In this document: piece after piece, positions 10,324 through 21,153 of the stretch
Numbering within the stretch: the first letter of the stretch is position 1
Layout: every line of letters begins with the position of its first letter
Source: an uncultured Methanoregulaceae archaeon
GTDB taxonomy: Archaea > Halobacteriota > Methanomicrobia > Methanomicrobiales > Methanospirillaceae
NCBI GenBank assembly: GCA_963737635.1
Contig: CAVTTL010000001.1
Location: 1,984,001-2,048,000 of the forward strand
DNA: 64,000 nucleotides
Reading direction: 5' to 3'
Notes under the pieces: model-generated
What the model was told of the DNA's origin: nothing
What the model saw: only the letters and a program-made list of their open reading frames with translations
The model's database searches: none
Made by a program: the position numbers and the translations under genes

Positions 10324-12175
10324 TCATGAAAGGGGTGGAAAGAGATCGGATCTTCCCGGAATGTACAGCGCAGCCGCATATTCTTCGGCAAACGCAGTGT
10401 CCACCATGAGATCGATATAGACCATGTGCTTCGCAAGAGCCTCGGCGGACGCCCGGTTCCGGACCGAGACCAGGGTCGCGTACGCCCCCGAAAGCGACCC
10501 GTTCCCGATGTGATGGATGGCAGACTGCCGGGAACCGTGGTAGAATCCCGAACCGGACTGCGTTCCCGATATCGGTATAGGCTCCAAACGCCCCGGCAAG
10601 GTAGAGGTGCCGGATATCACCCACTGCGCATTTGTACCGCTTCAAAAGCACCGCGATCGCTCCGCAGGCTGCAGCCTTCGAGTCCATCACATAATCAATA
10701 TCCAACTGGGTCACAACGATGTCCCCGACCGGTGCCGGTCTCCGGGGCGGTGGCAAGCACATACGCCACCCCCTCCGGACCGGTGCAGACCCGGGGGTGC
10801 CGTGGGTTCAGTTTCCCGGCAAAGTCGAGGGCCCCGGTCTCAACCATGGCCACAGCGAGATCGACAATCCCCGACCCGCAGATACCCCGGGCAGGAGCCG
10901 AACCGATCGTGCTCCAGCGGATCTCACCGGTCGCAGGATTTCCGTGCACGTGGTCGATGGCACCTTTCATCGCCCTCATCCCGGCCCGGATACCGGCCCC
11001 TTCAAAAGCGGGGCCGGATGCACACGAAACCGAGGCCGCCCAGTTCCGGTTGCCAAGGACGATCTCGCCGTTTGTCCCGAGATCGACGAGGAGACAGAGC
11101 TCGTCAGAGGCATGCATCCCGGCAGCAAGCATGTCGCCAACGGCATCCCCTCCCACAAACCTGCTGACGTTGGGAAGACAGTAGACCTCGGCTACAGGAT
11201 GCACGTCGAGGCCTGTTTCCTGTGAGGTTTTTCTGATCGGCGCCCGCGAGACTGTGGCGTCCGCGAGTTCGAGGTACCGGGGATCGAGGCTGCAGAGCAG
11301 GTGGTTCATCACCGTGTTTCCAGCAATGCAGACATCGACGATTGCGGCTCTCTGGATACCGGCGTTTAGTGCCAGCGTCCCGATAACATCGTTGATGCTG
11401 CCGGCCGCCGCTTTCTGGAGCGTCTTCAAACCTGCGGGTACGCTTGCGTACCCGATCCTGGTCAGCAGCTCCTCACCGTACGTTATCTGCCGGTTCAGGG
11501 CTGATGCCGTCGCGAGGATCTCACCGGTATCGAGCCGGGCAAGGCAGCCGACAACGGTTGTGGTACCAAGATCCACGGCAACGCCGTACAGCGGCGTGGT
11601 ATCATCGGCCGGGGAGAGTGCAACCAGCACCGGTGGCAACCGGGACAGCGAAAGTGTAGCCGCTTGGGGGATAAGGGCGCCGAGCAGCGCATGGTACTGC
11701 TCATCGGTCATGCTCGGCCGGAGACCCGTATATCCGGCAAACCGGATCGACTGCGAGGCAAAAGGGAGGCCGTCAGATGGTGAGATCTCCACCCGGTACC
11801 GGGCGACCGCGGGATCCGGGCTCCCGTTCGCTGCCGGCACGGTGATCAGGATCTGAGGGGAATCGATCCTGCTCTCGACCGGGATCGTGAACTCAGCATC
11901 TGCCGTCACCGTTACCCGGCAGGCTAGGTGGTACCCGTCGTCCCGCTCTTTCTGCGTGAGCCGGCAGCCGGTCCCGACATCGGGGGCGTCCGTGCAGCTT
12001 CCGTGAGTTAAAATGACCCGGCATTTGCCGCACGTACCCTTGCCGCCGCAGATGCTCTCGATAGCGATACCTGCCGTCGCAATCGCGGAAAAGAGAGAGG
12101 TACTGCCGGGACGGTCACCACCCGGTTCATGGGCTGGAAGATGACCGTGATCTCCGGGATTTCCTGTTGCTGCAT
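10324..12175 (-). CDS. ASKHA-domain ATP-dependent corrinoid protein reductive activator (RACo/DUF4445-like) with N-terminal 2Fe-2S domain; frameshifts near 12107, 10725 and 10530
   Basis: SICGGKGTCGKCRV..YHLAC ferredoxin; VDLGTTTV, GNTVM, VDLGTNGEI, GPAFEG, GICGSG, LAGAFG, IGNGSL motifs spread over shifted frames. Confidence 0.88.
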
Positions 12176-12238
12176 GGTCGTTCTTCCCTCCGTTATCTGT
12201 TTATGGACCGGGTGGCCGGAACGGTTATGCAGGCCCGG

Positions 12239-13686
12239 TCACCATTTCTTCGGCGGCCAGTGTGCTTTTAAAAAGGCAGGGATACCCGAAGAATCTTTCG
12301 GGCCGACGAGCACGTGCCAGCCGCTCGCCTCCTCGGTCTCACCGCTCAAGCGGGCGGCGAGGCCCGGGATGATCAGGTACCGGTAATTGACCCGTTCGGC
12401 CATTTCAGTCTCCTTGAGGGCGGCGGCGATCGATTCTGCGCTCAGGTACCGCCGGCAACCGCGCTCTCTACGCTGTTGCCCCCCGTATCTACCACGATGA
12501 GGAAGCAATCGATATTGGCCGCCTTGATATCACTCTCGACCGTGAAGTAGGTCAGCGCGTAGTTGGTGGTAATAAGCACCGGCGCATCCTTTTTGGGATT
12601 GCCAAATACCCGGACACCGGTATCAACCGAGACCGGTTTTCGTGGGTCGGTGTAGATGTTGAAACGCCAGATCAGCTGGGGGAGCAGCACCCAGCCTTCG
12701 AGGCTGTGGAGGATCAACAGATCGGCATACCGGGAGAGGAGCATCGATGCGGCGCACGCCTCCTTCCACTGGATCAGCTCGTGCGAGATCTCTGGGGAGA
12801 GCCATGCTGTAATAGGTGCCCCTAGTAGGGGATACCCCAGCAGATCGTCTCCTTGTGCAAAGACGGCCCGGCGGATCTGGGAGAACGCGTGGATCGTCCC
12901 CGAGAGACCGGGCTCAACCGCGGTGCCCGGATCGAGCACCAGATCGGTCACGCCGTACGCGACAAGGGTCTTGACCAGTGACCGCAGGAGTGCAATATCG
13001 TGAGGTGCCGAGACTACGAGCGGGCAGTCGTACCGGAGGGCAATCTCCGCCATATTCTTCCAGTTGTCTTTGGTCGCCGCATAGAGGAGAGGCCGGCGCT
13101 CACGGATGTGGGCAAGACCGGCCGCCATGATCGCCGCATCGTAGGTGCAGAGGATGAGGGGCAGATCTGTCTCTGATGAAACGGCAGTGACCGCAGCGGC
13201 AAACGCGGCCGGATCGTGCTGGGTCGACCGGATCGCGATCGCGTCGAGCCGGAGCTCCCGACCGATGTAGTTGTACGAGAAGTCAGCGATCGCCCGTACC
13301 CGTGCATTACGTTCTTCCGCGCAGAGATCGTCGGAGATATCGAGGGCGATGGGTGTGGGGTTGTGGTACGTGAACTCATGCCGGTACAGGATATACTTCC
13401 CGCCCAGTTTCATCGCACGGTCACCGGTCCCGACCACGATGGTCCGGACCGGTGGCGCCATGAGGTCTTCCAGCTTCGTGAAATTGACCCGGTACTCTTC
13501 CTTTGTCACCGGCGGGCAGTTATCGACCGCAAGCTCCCCGTTCACGACTTTGGTGGCAAACGCCATGCAGTTTGCCTCCCCGCATTCTTTGCAGTTAGTC
13601 TTGGGGAGGAGCTTGTACACGTCGATGGGGCTGATCTCCTTGATCGTTTTTTTGGGTTCGCGTTCCGACATTTTTTCCTTCCCCAC
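12239..13686 (-). CDS. cdhE: ACDS gamma subunit (corrinoid Fe-S protein, large subunit); frameshift near 12450
   Basis: LPKTNCKECGEANCMAFA..CP; IYTDPRKP, TTNYALTYFTVESD; shifted C-terminus LIIPGLAA..VGPKDSSGIP. Confidence 0.95.
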
Positions 13687-14913
13687 CTAGATCTTCATGG
13701 TCGCCCACCGGGCTATGCCGTCAGGCACCGGCGCGTCTTTCTCCGAGAATGTCCGGATCATGTCTTTACAGGTCCGGATAGCGGCAGGATGCATCATCAT
13801 GAAAATGTCGACGCCGGCGAGAAGGAGCGTAAGCGCGTTGATCGTCTCCCAGAGCGGGCCTCGGAGCCCTCGGGAGCCGTACTTCTTATCCATCTTCATC
13901 CACGCTTCACGAGCCGCCCAAGCATTCGTGGAGGCTGATATGGTGGGCTGCTGCAGTTCGGTGTCGCCCATCAGCGCTGCGTGCCGGGCCCTCTCGTGGA
14001 TGGTAAATGAGTACTCAAGGCCGTACCCGAGGGCGACGGTCGTGAGATCCATGACGATATCTTCCGGCGGGAGGTATTCATAGAGACGCCGGTTGAGCTC
14101 CTTTGCCTTGTTGAGTTCAAGGCCGGTAAAGCCAAGAACCGCGTGGTTGTGCTTCTTTGCCGCTTTTGCAACGATGTCCAGCGTCTTCGTCTCGGTCATC
14201 CCGAGGGTGACCGAGTTCAAAAGGAGCCGCTCGCTGTCGGCAACCTCGGCAACCTTGCAGAAGACCTGTGCGTCTTTCCGGGGGTCCCCGCAGCCGCCGA
14301 TGATGATCGGGACGTCCACGGCCTGGAGCACCTCCTCGACAGTCCGGGCCGCCGCCTCCGGGGACGCGTCCCGGATAAGGGGATCGGTGGACATGAGATG
14401 CACCGTGATCATGTCGGCACCGTACTTCTTCACATTCATTCGTGCCCACTCAGCCGGATCGCTCATGACGTCTTTTACATTCTCCATAAGCACTTTGGGG
14501 AGCGGCACTTCCATGTCAAAGACATCGAGCGCAAAGATGGGTGCATGAGGAGCGGGATGATCGGCGTTTACAAAGGGGGGGTAATCCGATCCGCCGATCA
14601 CGAGAACCTTGCCCCGGCTGCCTCCTGCAGCCTTTGTCTCGCCAAGCCTGACCTCGTGGATCCTGCCCACGAATTCCTCCTCGACCGGAGAGAAGGTCTC
14701 CGGCAGAAGTGCGGTCGGTTTCATATGAGCTGCGGAGGGTACACCCACAGGAGCGGTGGCACCGGTGGGGATCCAGAGTTCGAGAGCGCCGATATCCATC
14801 GAGAAGTTTTCGATCTCGAGACGTTCCTTACCGGAGAGCATCGCAAGGAGCCGGTTGAGGGCCTCCGGTCCGGCCTCCGGCAGCTTTCTCCCGGAGGAGT
14901 TCTTGTCCTGCAT
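13687..14913 (-). CDS. cdhD: ACDS delta subunit (corrinoid Fe-S protein, small subunit)
   Basis: DPAEWA, HLMSTDP, VLQAVDVPIIIGGCG, ALGYGLEYS, AWAAREAW, MMHP. Confidence 0.95.
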   Translation of the reverse strand: MQDKNSSGRKLPEAGPEALNRLLAMLSGKERLEIENFSMDIGALELWIPTGATAPVGVPSAAHMKPTALLPETFSPVEEEFVGRIHEVRLGETKAAGGSRGKVLVIGGSDYPPFVNADHPAPHAPIFALDVFDMEVPLPKVLMENVKDVMSDPAEWARMNVKKYGADMITVHLMSTDPLIRDASPEAAARTVEEVLQAVDVPIIIGGCGDPRKDAQVFCKVAEVADSERLLLNSVTLGMTETKTLDIVAKAAKKHNHAVLGFTGLELNKAKELNRRLYEYLPPEDIVMDLTTVALGYGLEYSFTIHERARHAALMGDTELQQPTISASTNAWAAREAWMKMDKKYGSRGLRGPLWETINALTLLLAGVDIFMMMHPAAIRTCKDMIRTFSEKDAPVPDGIARWATMKI

Positions 14914-16299
14914 CTACGAACCAGCCCCTGGCTTCTTTGGCTGGATGGGCTCGATGATCACGCGGTCTGCCGTGATACGGGCGTTCTTGAAAATGATCTT
15001 GAAACCCCCCGCCATGACCGGGAAGTCCCCGCCGGTAAAGACCTGAACGGCGCCGGTCGTCCCCTCAAGAGGTTCTGCCTCTTCTGCCTTCCACCGCTCC
15101 ATGACAGGGTGGGCGTGCGCGGAGAGGAAGTCTCGTAATTCGCTCAGGGTCTTGACGTCCTTTTCGGTCGCAATCCTTGGGAAGAGGTCCGCCGGAATGA
15201 ACTCTTTCATCTGCTCCCGGAGATCGGACGGCATCCAGACGACCCTGGCGTAGCTCCCATCAGCGGCGAGGAACTTGGGGGACCGCATATACTCAAGCGA
15301 GATCCCATGGAACCCGTCAACCTGGCGGCCGCCAGCGGTCGAGTCTGCCATGGTCGAGAAGGGCAGGCCGTTGACAGTCACGTCCTTGTACCCCCGCATC
15401 ACGATCCCGAACCCCTCAACCTCGGGAATATAGAACGCGATCCCCTCGAAACACCCACAGGAGGTGTGGGGGCAGGTAAATGCGCTGTAGAGGAAGATCC
15501 GGTGCACGGCACCGAGAGATCGTTTTTTCGCACTTTCATTGATCCCGGCATACTCGCCTTTCTCCAGGTCGAGGCACTCTCCTTTGCTGATAGGGAAGAT
15601 CGGACCTTTTGGATCGATCCGGGCCGCCGCCCTGCCATCGAACCAGCTGATGGCGCCGCAGTTTGCGTACCGCTGCGGCGTGATGACACAGACATGACTT
15701 GGCGCAAACGACTGACAGAGAGCGCACCCGTAGAAGACATCGACATCGTTATCGGTCAGCCCCCTGGCCCGGGCGTCCCGGGCCTCGTACGCCGCCATCG
15801 CCTCGGCATACCGGCCCTTGATTTTTTCCTTGTCGGTAAAGAAGGTTACCTGAATCTTCTCGATGATGGGCAGTTCGTTTTTCAAAAGATCGATGAGCAC
15901 TTTACCGACGTAAGTGAGTGTAGTAAAACCTTTCACGTACGCTTTTTTTGAGACCCGGACCCAGATATCGTACCGCTGGTTGAGATGCATGAACCCCTCG
16001 ATGTAATTGGTGTATTCATGGATCCGGCGCTCGATCACGCCCTCGATATCCTCTTCCAGTTGGGGTCCTGCAATTTCAACAAGAATGCCAAGGGGGTACT
16101 TCTGGCCTTCCTGCATATCAGCAAGATCCGGGCCGGTAACGGTGATAGTCCCGTCCCGGATCTCGCCGGGTTTTCGTACCCGGACCAGTTCGAATTTTTG
16201 TTCGACTGACGGCCCGCCGAGCTCGACAAACATGTCGTTTTTCCGGATCCGTTCGCCTACATGGACAAGGCCTACATCGACCGGGATATCTTCAAACAT
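14914..16299 (-). CDS. cdhC: ACDS beta subunit (acetyl-CoA synthase)
   Basis: Real start MFEDIPVDVG at 16299; FYGCALCQSFAPSHVC, CGAISW, PHTSCGCFE A-cluster ligands. Confidence 0.96.
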   Translation of the reverse strand: MFEDIPVDVGLVHVGERIRKNDMFVELGGPSVEQKFELVRVRKPGEIRDGTITVTGPDLADMQEGQKYPLGILVEIAGPQLEEDIEGVIERRIHEYTNYIEGFMHLNQRYDIWVRVSKKAYVKGFTTLTYVGKVLIDLLKNELPIIEKIQVTFFTDKEKIKGRYAEAMAAYEARDARARGLTDNDVDVFYGCALCQSFAPSHVCVITPQRYANCGAISWFDGRAAARIDPKGPIFPISKGECLDLEKGEYAGINESAKKRSLGAVHRIFLYSAFTCPHTSCGCFEGIAFYIPEVEGFGIVMRGYKDVTVNGLPFSTMADSTAGGRQVDGFHGISLEYMRSPKFLAADGSYARVVWMPSDLREQMKEFIPADLFPRIATEKDVKTLSELRDFLSAHAHPVMERWKAEEAEPLEGTTGAVQVFTGGDFPVMAGGFKIIFKNARITADRVIIEPIQPKKPGAGS

Positions 16300-16843
16300 C
16301 TGGCTCCTCCGCGGTGATAGCCTCAAGGTTTTCCTGCCAGTCTTTGAGAGAGAGGTTTGCAAACGAGAAGGTGGCGTTCGGCTGGAAGGTGTTGTCGAGC
16401 ACGATTGTTTTGGTGTGGGGGGCCATATGCTTGAGCCCGGAAAGGAGCGTCCATGCCATGGGGTACGGGAGGCCGGCGAGAATGACGAGATCGCACGGGC
16501 CTTTCCTTTCCGGCCCGGACCATTCGGGATCCGCGATCCGCTGGCCGGCTTCAACCGCCGGCATAATGACCGCTTGATTGTACCCCCGATCTCTCAGGGC
16601 CCGGTTGACGTGCCCCGTGGCAATCACCGGGATCCGGTGAACGCGGGCAAGAACCAGCAGGTAATCGACGAGCTTTTTGCCATCAATCTCGGTCGATGCG
16701 GCACGGTGCCCGACAAGCAGTACCGGATGTTTCGCATTGCCGATGACGGCTTTCACCATTGATGGTTTGGTGATGACTGTCGCCTTTTTTGGGCCGGCAA
16801 CCTCAGCAGTCTGCCAGGGATCTGCAGAACTCATAGCAATCAA
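16292..16843 (-). CDS. cdhB: ACDS epsilon subunit
   Basis: PWQTAEVAGPKKA, AKHPVLLVG, LSGLKH, FQPNATFSFANLS; lies between cdhA and cdhC. Confidence 0.93.
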   Translation of the reverse strand: MIAMSSADPWQTAEVAGPKKATVITKPSMVKAVIGNAKHPVLLVGHRAASTEIDGKKLVDYLLVLARVHRIPVIATGHVNRALRDRGYNQAVIMPAVEAGQRIADPEWSGPERKGPCDLVILAGLPYPMAWTLLSGLKHMAPHTKTIVLDNTFQPNATFSFANLSLKDWQENLEAITAEEPDV

Positions 16844-19203
16844 CGCTCCTCCGGTGATCCCGGCTTATGCCGACCAAGAAGGGTCGGATCCGGGATGGCT
16901 CGTTCCTTCCAGTCTGCCTGCGAAAGGATACGCATGATATCCCCCTTCAGGGTGACCGGAACGTCGGCTGTAGTACGGATGTACCGAGGAATATCATCCG
17001 GTATCGAACCATGGTGCCTCTGGTACAGGTCGATGTAATGCGTGAGTTTCATCGCCCGGCCCCGGGTCGTATCGTTTGGCCGCATGCAGAGCTTTGCGAC
17101 AAGGACCATTGCTTCTTCTTTAGACTCTGCCGCGACAAAGAGATGCTCCGGCACCGGGCCTGTGTAGACGTTCTCGCCGGTGCGCTGGTCGCATACATAC
17201 CAGTCGGCGTCGTGGTCGGCACGGCCTAAGAGCATTCTGCGGTACTTGCTCCCGTGTGGGCCGACCACCACGGGGATCCCCAGGCGCCAGAACCCGCTCG
17301 CTATCGCCGCCGCCTTCTGGGACATCGCACCCCATGCCACGCCGACTGCACCGACACGGTTGTGGACGTAGTCCGCGATCTCGGCGTAGTTCCCCCTGAG
17401 GTTGCGCCGTGCGAAGATGCTCGCGATCTTGATGGTCGCCCCGGCGATGTGGGCATTTGCAACACAGGAACCGACGTTCACGATCCCTCCGGCGGCAAAA
17501 CTGCCCGGGAACTGTTCGTACGGGGTCTTGCCTTCTTCATCCCGGTACATGCCGATCGACATGGCAGTGCAGCCCGATGTGCAGACAATATACCGGCGCT
17601 TGGCAAACTCGACGCTCATCTCAGCGACCTCTTTCCCCCCGTTCGCGTAATTGGAGCAGCCGACAAATGCCACCACTCCCGGGATCTCGCCGAGCACAAT
17701 GGGCCCACCAACATTGCGGATCTCGATATCCTGAATAGCGCCTCTTCCGGTCCGGATCACAAATCTCTCGTTTTTTATCTTCTCTGCCGCCGCTGCAATA
17801 ATTAATGAATGCACCGGGACATTCTTGGTGCAGGCCTGCTCACACCGGCCGCAACCTACGCAGGTCTCGTAAAGGGCAGAAAGAAGAGAGAAATTCCCAC
17901 TCCCGGCGGCTTTCATGCCCTGTGGGATTGCAAGGTCGTTTGGACACGCCCGCTGGCAGAGCCGGCACTGTGTGCAGGCCGCTGCCTGCTCAAGGATTGT
18001 CTCCGGAGGGATGGCAGCATGAGATTTTCTCCGGGCCGGCATAACAGCCCGGGCGACCCGGACCGCTACCTCCCCAACCTTTTCCGGGTCGAGAATCAAG
18101 ACGCCTTTCTGCTGGCCGCTGATGAGGTCAGCTACAATTGCATCGACAGAATCATCTGTTCTCTCAGGTAGGCCCATGCAGTTCTTTTCGGACGTTGCAA
18201 TAAATGGTGTCCCGGCGGCTGCTGCTTCGGAAAATGAATCGGCCCGGATGCATTGCTCGTCTACAACAATGACATCGGGGATCCCGCTCCGGATGTACCG
18301 GAGCTGCCATGACATGGGGCCGATGATCTTCGCCCTGGACGAATACCGGCTTGCGTCAATTGATGTGCAACAGATACCCGTTATTTCAACTTGGTCGATC
18401 AGGTTCTCCTTAGAGAGGTAATCGATGATAGCGACCGCCGGTGGTACGTTATGGCCGATCACAAGAATGACAGGTTTTGTGGTTTCAACGGTTCCCATCC
18501 CTAAAGCGGCAAGTGGGGCATCGGGGTCGGCTTTCGGGTACCCGAGGGCCGATATCTGTGCGAGATCTGCCACTTCCATACCCACCTGGTCAATCGTACC
18601 GGCATGAAGCACCTTGCTCTCGAAATCGAGAGGATCTCCTTCCTGTCCGGTATGCGTCACCGCAAGAAGAGAGGTGATCTGGCTCTCACAATAATCAAGG
18701 ACGGTCTCGAGATCAGCAAGAGTTTTTGGTCTTTCCCCACAGACGAGCCGGATCACCGGGGCCTCCACCCCGATCGCGTTGCCGCCGGGATCGATGGCAC
18801 AGTCACGGCCGGCACGTTTGATCGCATAAGTCAGGAGTTCCCGAGCATGGCTCGTGTGCGTCGCGGCACCAATGCATGTGGTCAGGAGCACCGTGCGGGC
18901 CTGCTGGGCGGGCATCGTAATCCCACATGCACCTTTTTTTGTGCCGGTCAGATCGCATTTACCATATGTGCATAGGCAGCAAAGATCGCAGAACGGCATA
19001 TAGAACGGTTGGTACCGGGTGAGGAGTCTCCGGTCCCATGCTCGTAGCGTTGCAAGGGAGGGGTACGGGGTCGGACCCTCAGGTTCCGCCCATTCCTCAG
19101 ATGAGAGTTTCCCGATGGAGACCGAAAGATCCCTGATACGGCCAAAACCGGCATCCAGTTCTTTTATCGTAAGCGCGATCTTCTTTTCGGTCAACGGAAG
19201 CAC
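16840..19203 (-). CDS. cdhA: ACDS alpha subunit (CO dehydrogenase)
   Basis: CDLCCLCTYGKC; C-cluster ligands GHN, GICC, DEQC, VGC, SGC, GSC; two extra CxxCxxCxxxC ferredoxin motifs. Confidence 0.97.
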   Translation of the reverse strand: MLPLTEKKIALTIKELDAGFGRIRDLSVSIGKLSSEEWAEPEGPTPYPSLATLRAWDRRLLTRYQPFYMPFCDLCCLCTYGKCDLTGTKKGACGITMPAQQARTVLLTTCIGAATHTSHARELLTYAIKRAGRDCAIDPGGNAIGVEAPVIRLVCGERPKTLADLETVLDYCESQITSLLAVTHTGQEGDPLDFESKVLHAGTIDQVGMEVADLAQISALGYPKADPDAPLAALGMGTVETTKPVILVIGHNVPPAVAIIDYLSKENLIDQVEITGICCTSIDASRYSSRAKIIGPMSWQLRYIRSGIPDVIVVDEQCIRADSFSEAAAAGTPFIATSEKNCMGLPERTDDSVDAIVADLISGQQKGVLILDPEKVGEVAVRVARAVMPARRKSHAAIPPETILEQAAACTQCRLCQRACPNDLAIPQGMKAAGSGNFSLLSALYETCVGCGRCEQACTKNVPVHSLIIAAAAEKIKNERFVIRTGRGAIQDIEIRNVGGPIVLGEIPGVVAFVGCSNYANGGKEVAEMSVEFAKRRYIVCTSGCTAMSIGMYRDEEGKTPYEQFPGSFAAGGIVNVGSCVANAHIAGATIKIASIFARRNLRGNYAEIADYVHNRVGAVGVAWGAMSQKAAAIASGFWRLGIPVVVGPHGSKYRRMLLGRADHDADWYVCDQRTGENVYTGPVPEHLFVAAESKEEAMVLVAKLCMRPNDTTRGRAMKLTHYIDLYQRHHGSIPDDIPRYIRTTADVPVTLKGDIMRILSQADWKERAIPDPTLLGRHKPGSPEER

Positions 19204-19239
19204 AACCAGGCGGGATTTTCAACTAAAATACAGGAATGT

Positions 19240-19258
19240 AGGTATATATTTATTTTAC
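19240..19258 (-). promoter_or_regulatory. Putative BRE/TATA promoter for cdhA
   Basis: Minus strand GTAAAATAAATATATACC roughly 40-55 nt upstream of the cdhA start, in an AT-rich gap. Confidence 0.45.
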
Positions 19259-19309
19259 AGGTTTTTAACCGAATCGACTGATAAACTAGCGCACGGGGGA
19301 TTGCAACGA

Positions 19310-20089
19310 TCATCCGGATCCAGCCTTCCCGTATCCGGCCTTTTCCATAAGTGCGCTGACGGAATGATATGCCGGAGAACTATCCGGTATTTCAAGAAGT
19401 GACCGGCCGGCGATAACCGATTCCTGCACCAAGGGATCGAAGACGATCTTTCCCAGGTACTCCCGGCCCGTCTTTTCCTGTGCTATTGTCTCAAGACCGG
19501 AGGGAAACAGGCATCCTCCAATCACAAAGAAGCGATCAAACGTGATTCCGACCTCACGGGTGATCCGGTCTGCACGCTGAACATGGGCAAAGGACTTGTG
19601 GGACGGCCCCAGCACATCGAATATATCCGAGACTCGTGCGGTTACCTTGCGGTTGAGATGTTCGAGACCCGCCGGGGAATCGATCAGCACGTACTGATAC
19701 CTTTTCGAAAGAGATTCAAGTGCTCCCTTGAGCGCGGCATCGGGCATACAATAGCAACCCTCGATCCACTTGGTTCCGACGGCAATAAGATCGAAATGGC
19801 TACCTTCGTAGAGTCCTTCCTGAAGAACCCTGTTCTCGATCCGTTCTTTCGGAGCGATCCCGGTCATCGTCCCCCCCATTCTGATAAACGTATCCGTAAC
19901 AAGCTCGGCAATCGTCTGTACGCCTTCCTTTTCGAGATCGACACCTACCATCTCGGCAAGATTCTGATCCGGGTCGAGATCGACCAGAAGAAGGGGGGAT
20001 TCACGCTTTTCGAGAAAATATTTTGTCTGTAATGCCACAAAACTCGTCTTGCCGGTTCCTCCCCTGCCCATGGTCACCAGTGTTTTCAT
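19310..20089 (-). CDS. cooC: CooC/AcsF-like nickel insertion ATPase
   Basis: GRGGTGKT P-loop, DLDPDQNL, EGCYC, DSPAGLEHLNR. Confidence 0.9.
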   Translation of the reverse strand: MKTLVTMGRGGTGKTSFVALQTKYFLEKRESPLLLVDLDPDQNLAEMVGVDLEKEGVQTIAELVTDTFIRMGGTMTGIAPKERIENRVLQEGLYEGSHFDLIAVGTKWIEGCYCMPDAALKGALESLSKRYQYVLIDSPAGLEHLNRKVTARVSDIFDVLGPSHKSFAHVQRADRITREVGITFDRFFVIGGCLFPSGLETIAQEKTGREYLGKIVFDPLVQESVIAGRSLLEIPDSSPAYHSVSALMEKAGYGKAGSG

Positions 20090-20904
20090 GAGTTTACCTC
20101 CGTGTTCTCTCCACTAGGTAACGTTTCTTTCGTACACATGCAGACCCGGTCAAGAATGCTCCTTATGGCCATAACTGCTGCCGAGTTTTGAAGGGTGTCA
20201 ATAGAGTCACCGACGATACCTGCAAGGGTCACTGCTCCATCGAGAGGAATCATTCCTGCAACCTCAATGTCATGGACCCTTGCATAATCCTGAATAACTT
20301 CTTCCTGCCCGGGATTTGCGATCCTGTTCCCGATCAGCGCGCATCGGTGGATCCCAGCACCACGTGCCATATCCAGAATTGTTCCCGCAATCGCAAGTGA
20401 CTGCCGGTTCGCATCACTTACAACCAGCATAACATCGACATTCTCCGCTGTCCCCCGGCCGAGATGTTCGAGACCTGCCTCCATATCAAGGATCACCATC
20501 TCATCCCGCTCCACCAAGAGGTGCCGGAGCAGGGCACGTATGACGCTGTTTGCCGGGCAGGTACAACCCGCTCCCATGGATGATATCGTTCCCATAACGA
20601 GCAGGTGTGCACCGGCAGGTGTCGGTACAGCATATTTCAGTATCACATCTTCTACCGAGAAGTTCAGGGAATACACCCCTGGATACCCTGTGCTCGTCTT
20701 TGCTGCGATAAGCTCCTCATTTTTAGCGACTGGAATAATCGCATCAGCCTCACGGGAAGTAAGTCCGAGCAGAAACCCAAGGTTGGGCGCTGAATCGGCG
20801 TCAATGGCAAGAGTCGTGTAACCGGCGCGGGCAAGCAGGAATGCAAGGGTTCCCGCTACCAGTGTTTTGCCCGATCCACCTTTCCCGGCTACCGCGATCT
20901 TCAT
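20086..20904 (-). CDS. cooC: CooC-like nickel insertion ATPase
   Basis: GKGGSGKT, DADSAPNL, GAGCTCP, DMEAGLEHLGRGT. Confidence 0.92.
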   Translation of the reverse strand: MKIAVAGKGGSGKTLVAGTLAFLLARAGYTTLAIDADSAPNLGFLLGLTSREADAIIPVAKNEELIAAKTSTGYPGVYSLNFSVEDVILKYAVPTPAGAHLLVMGTISSMGAGCTCPANSVIRALLRHLLVERDEMVILDMEAGLEHLGRGTAENVDVMLVVSDANRQSLAIAGTILDMARGAGIHRCALIGNRIANPGQEEVIQDYARVHDIEVAGMIPLDGAVTLAGIVGDSIDTLQNSAAVMAIRSILDRVCMCTKETLPSGENTEVNS

Positions 20905-21153
20905 GCTGCACCCGCGTTATCACGGATATATACGTGAAACCGGCTTAATAAACCGGTTACGACACTATTTCAGGAATATGGCATCTTCTTCTTTCACGAA
21001 ATGGAGTGGAGGTAAAAATCACGGGGAATCTACGTGCTGTTTCTGCAATTCGTGGCTTCCCATGGATTATTTGGGTAAATCGACAACTCTCTCCATCAGT
21101 ACCCTACCATTAAAGAGGTTAAACGACTTAGATTAGTGGAATCACGGTGCCAG

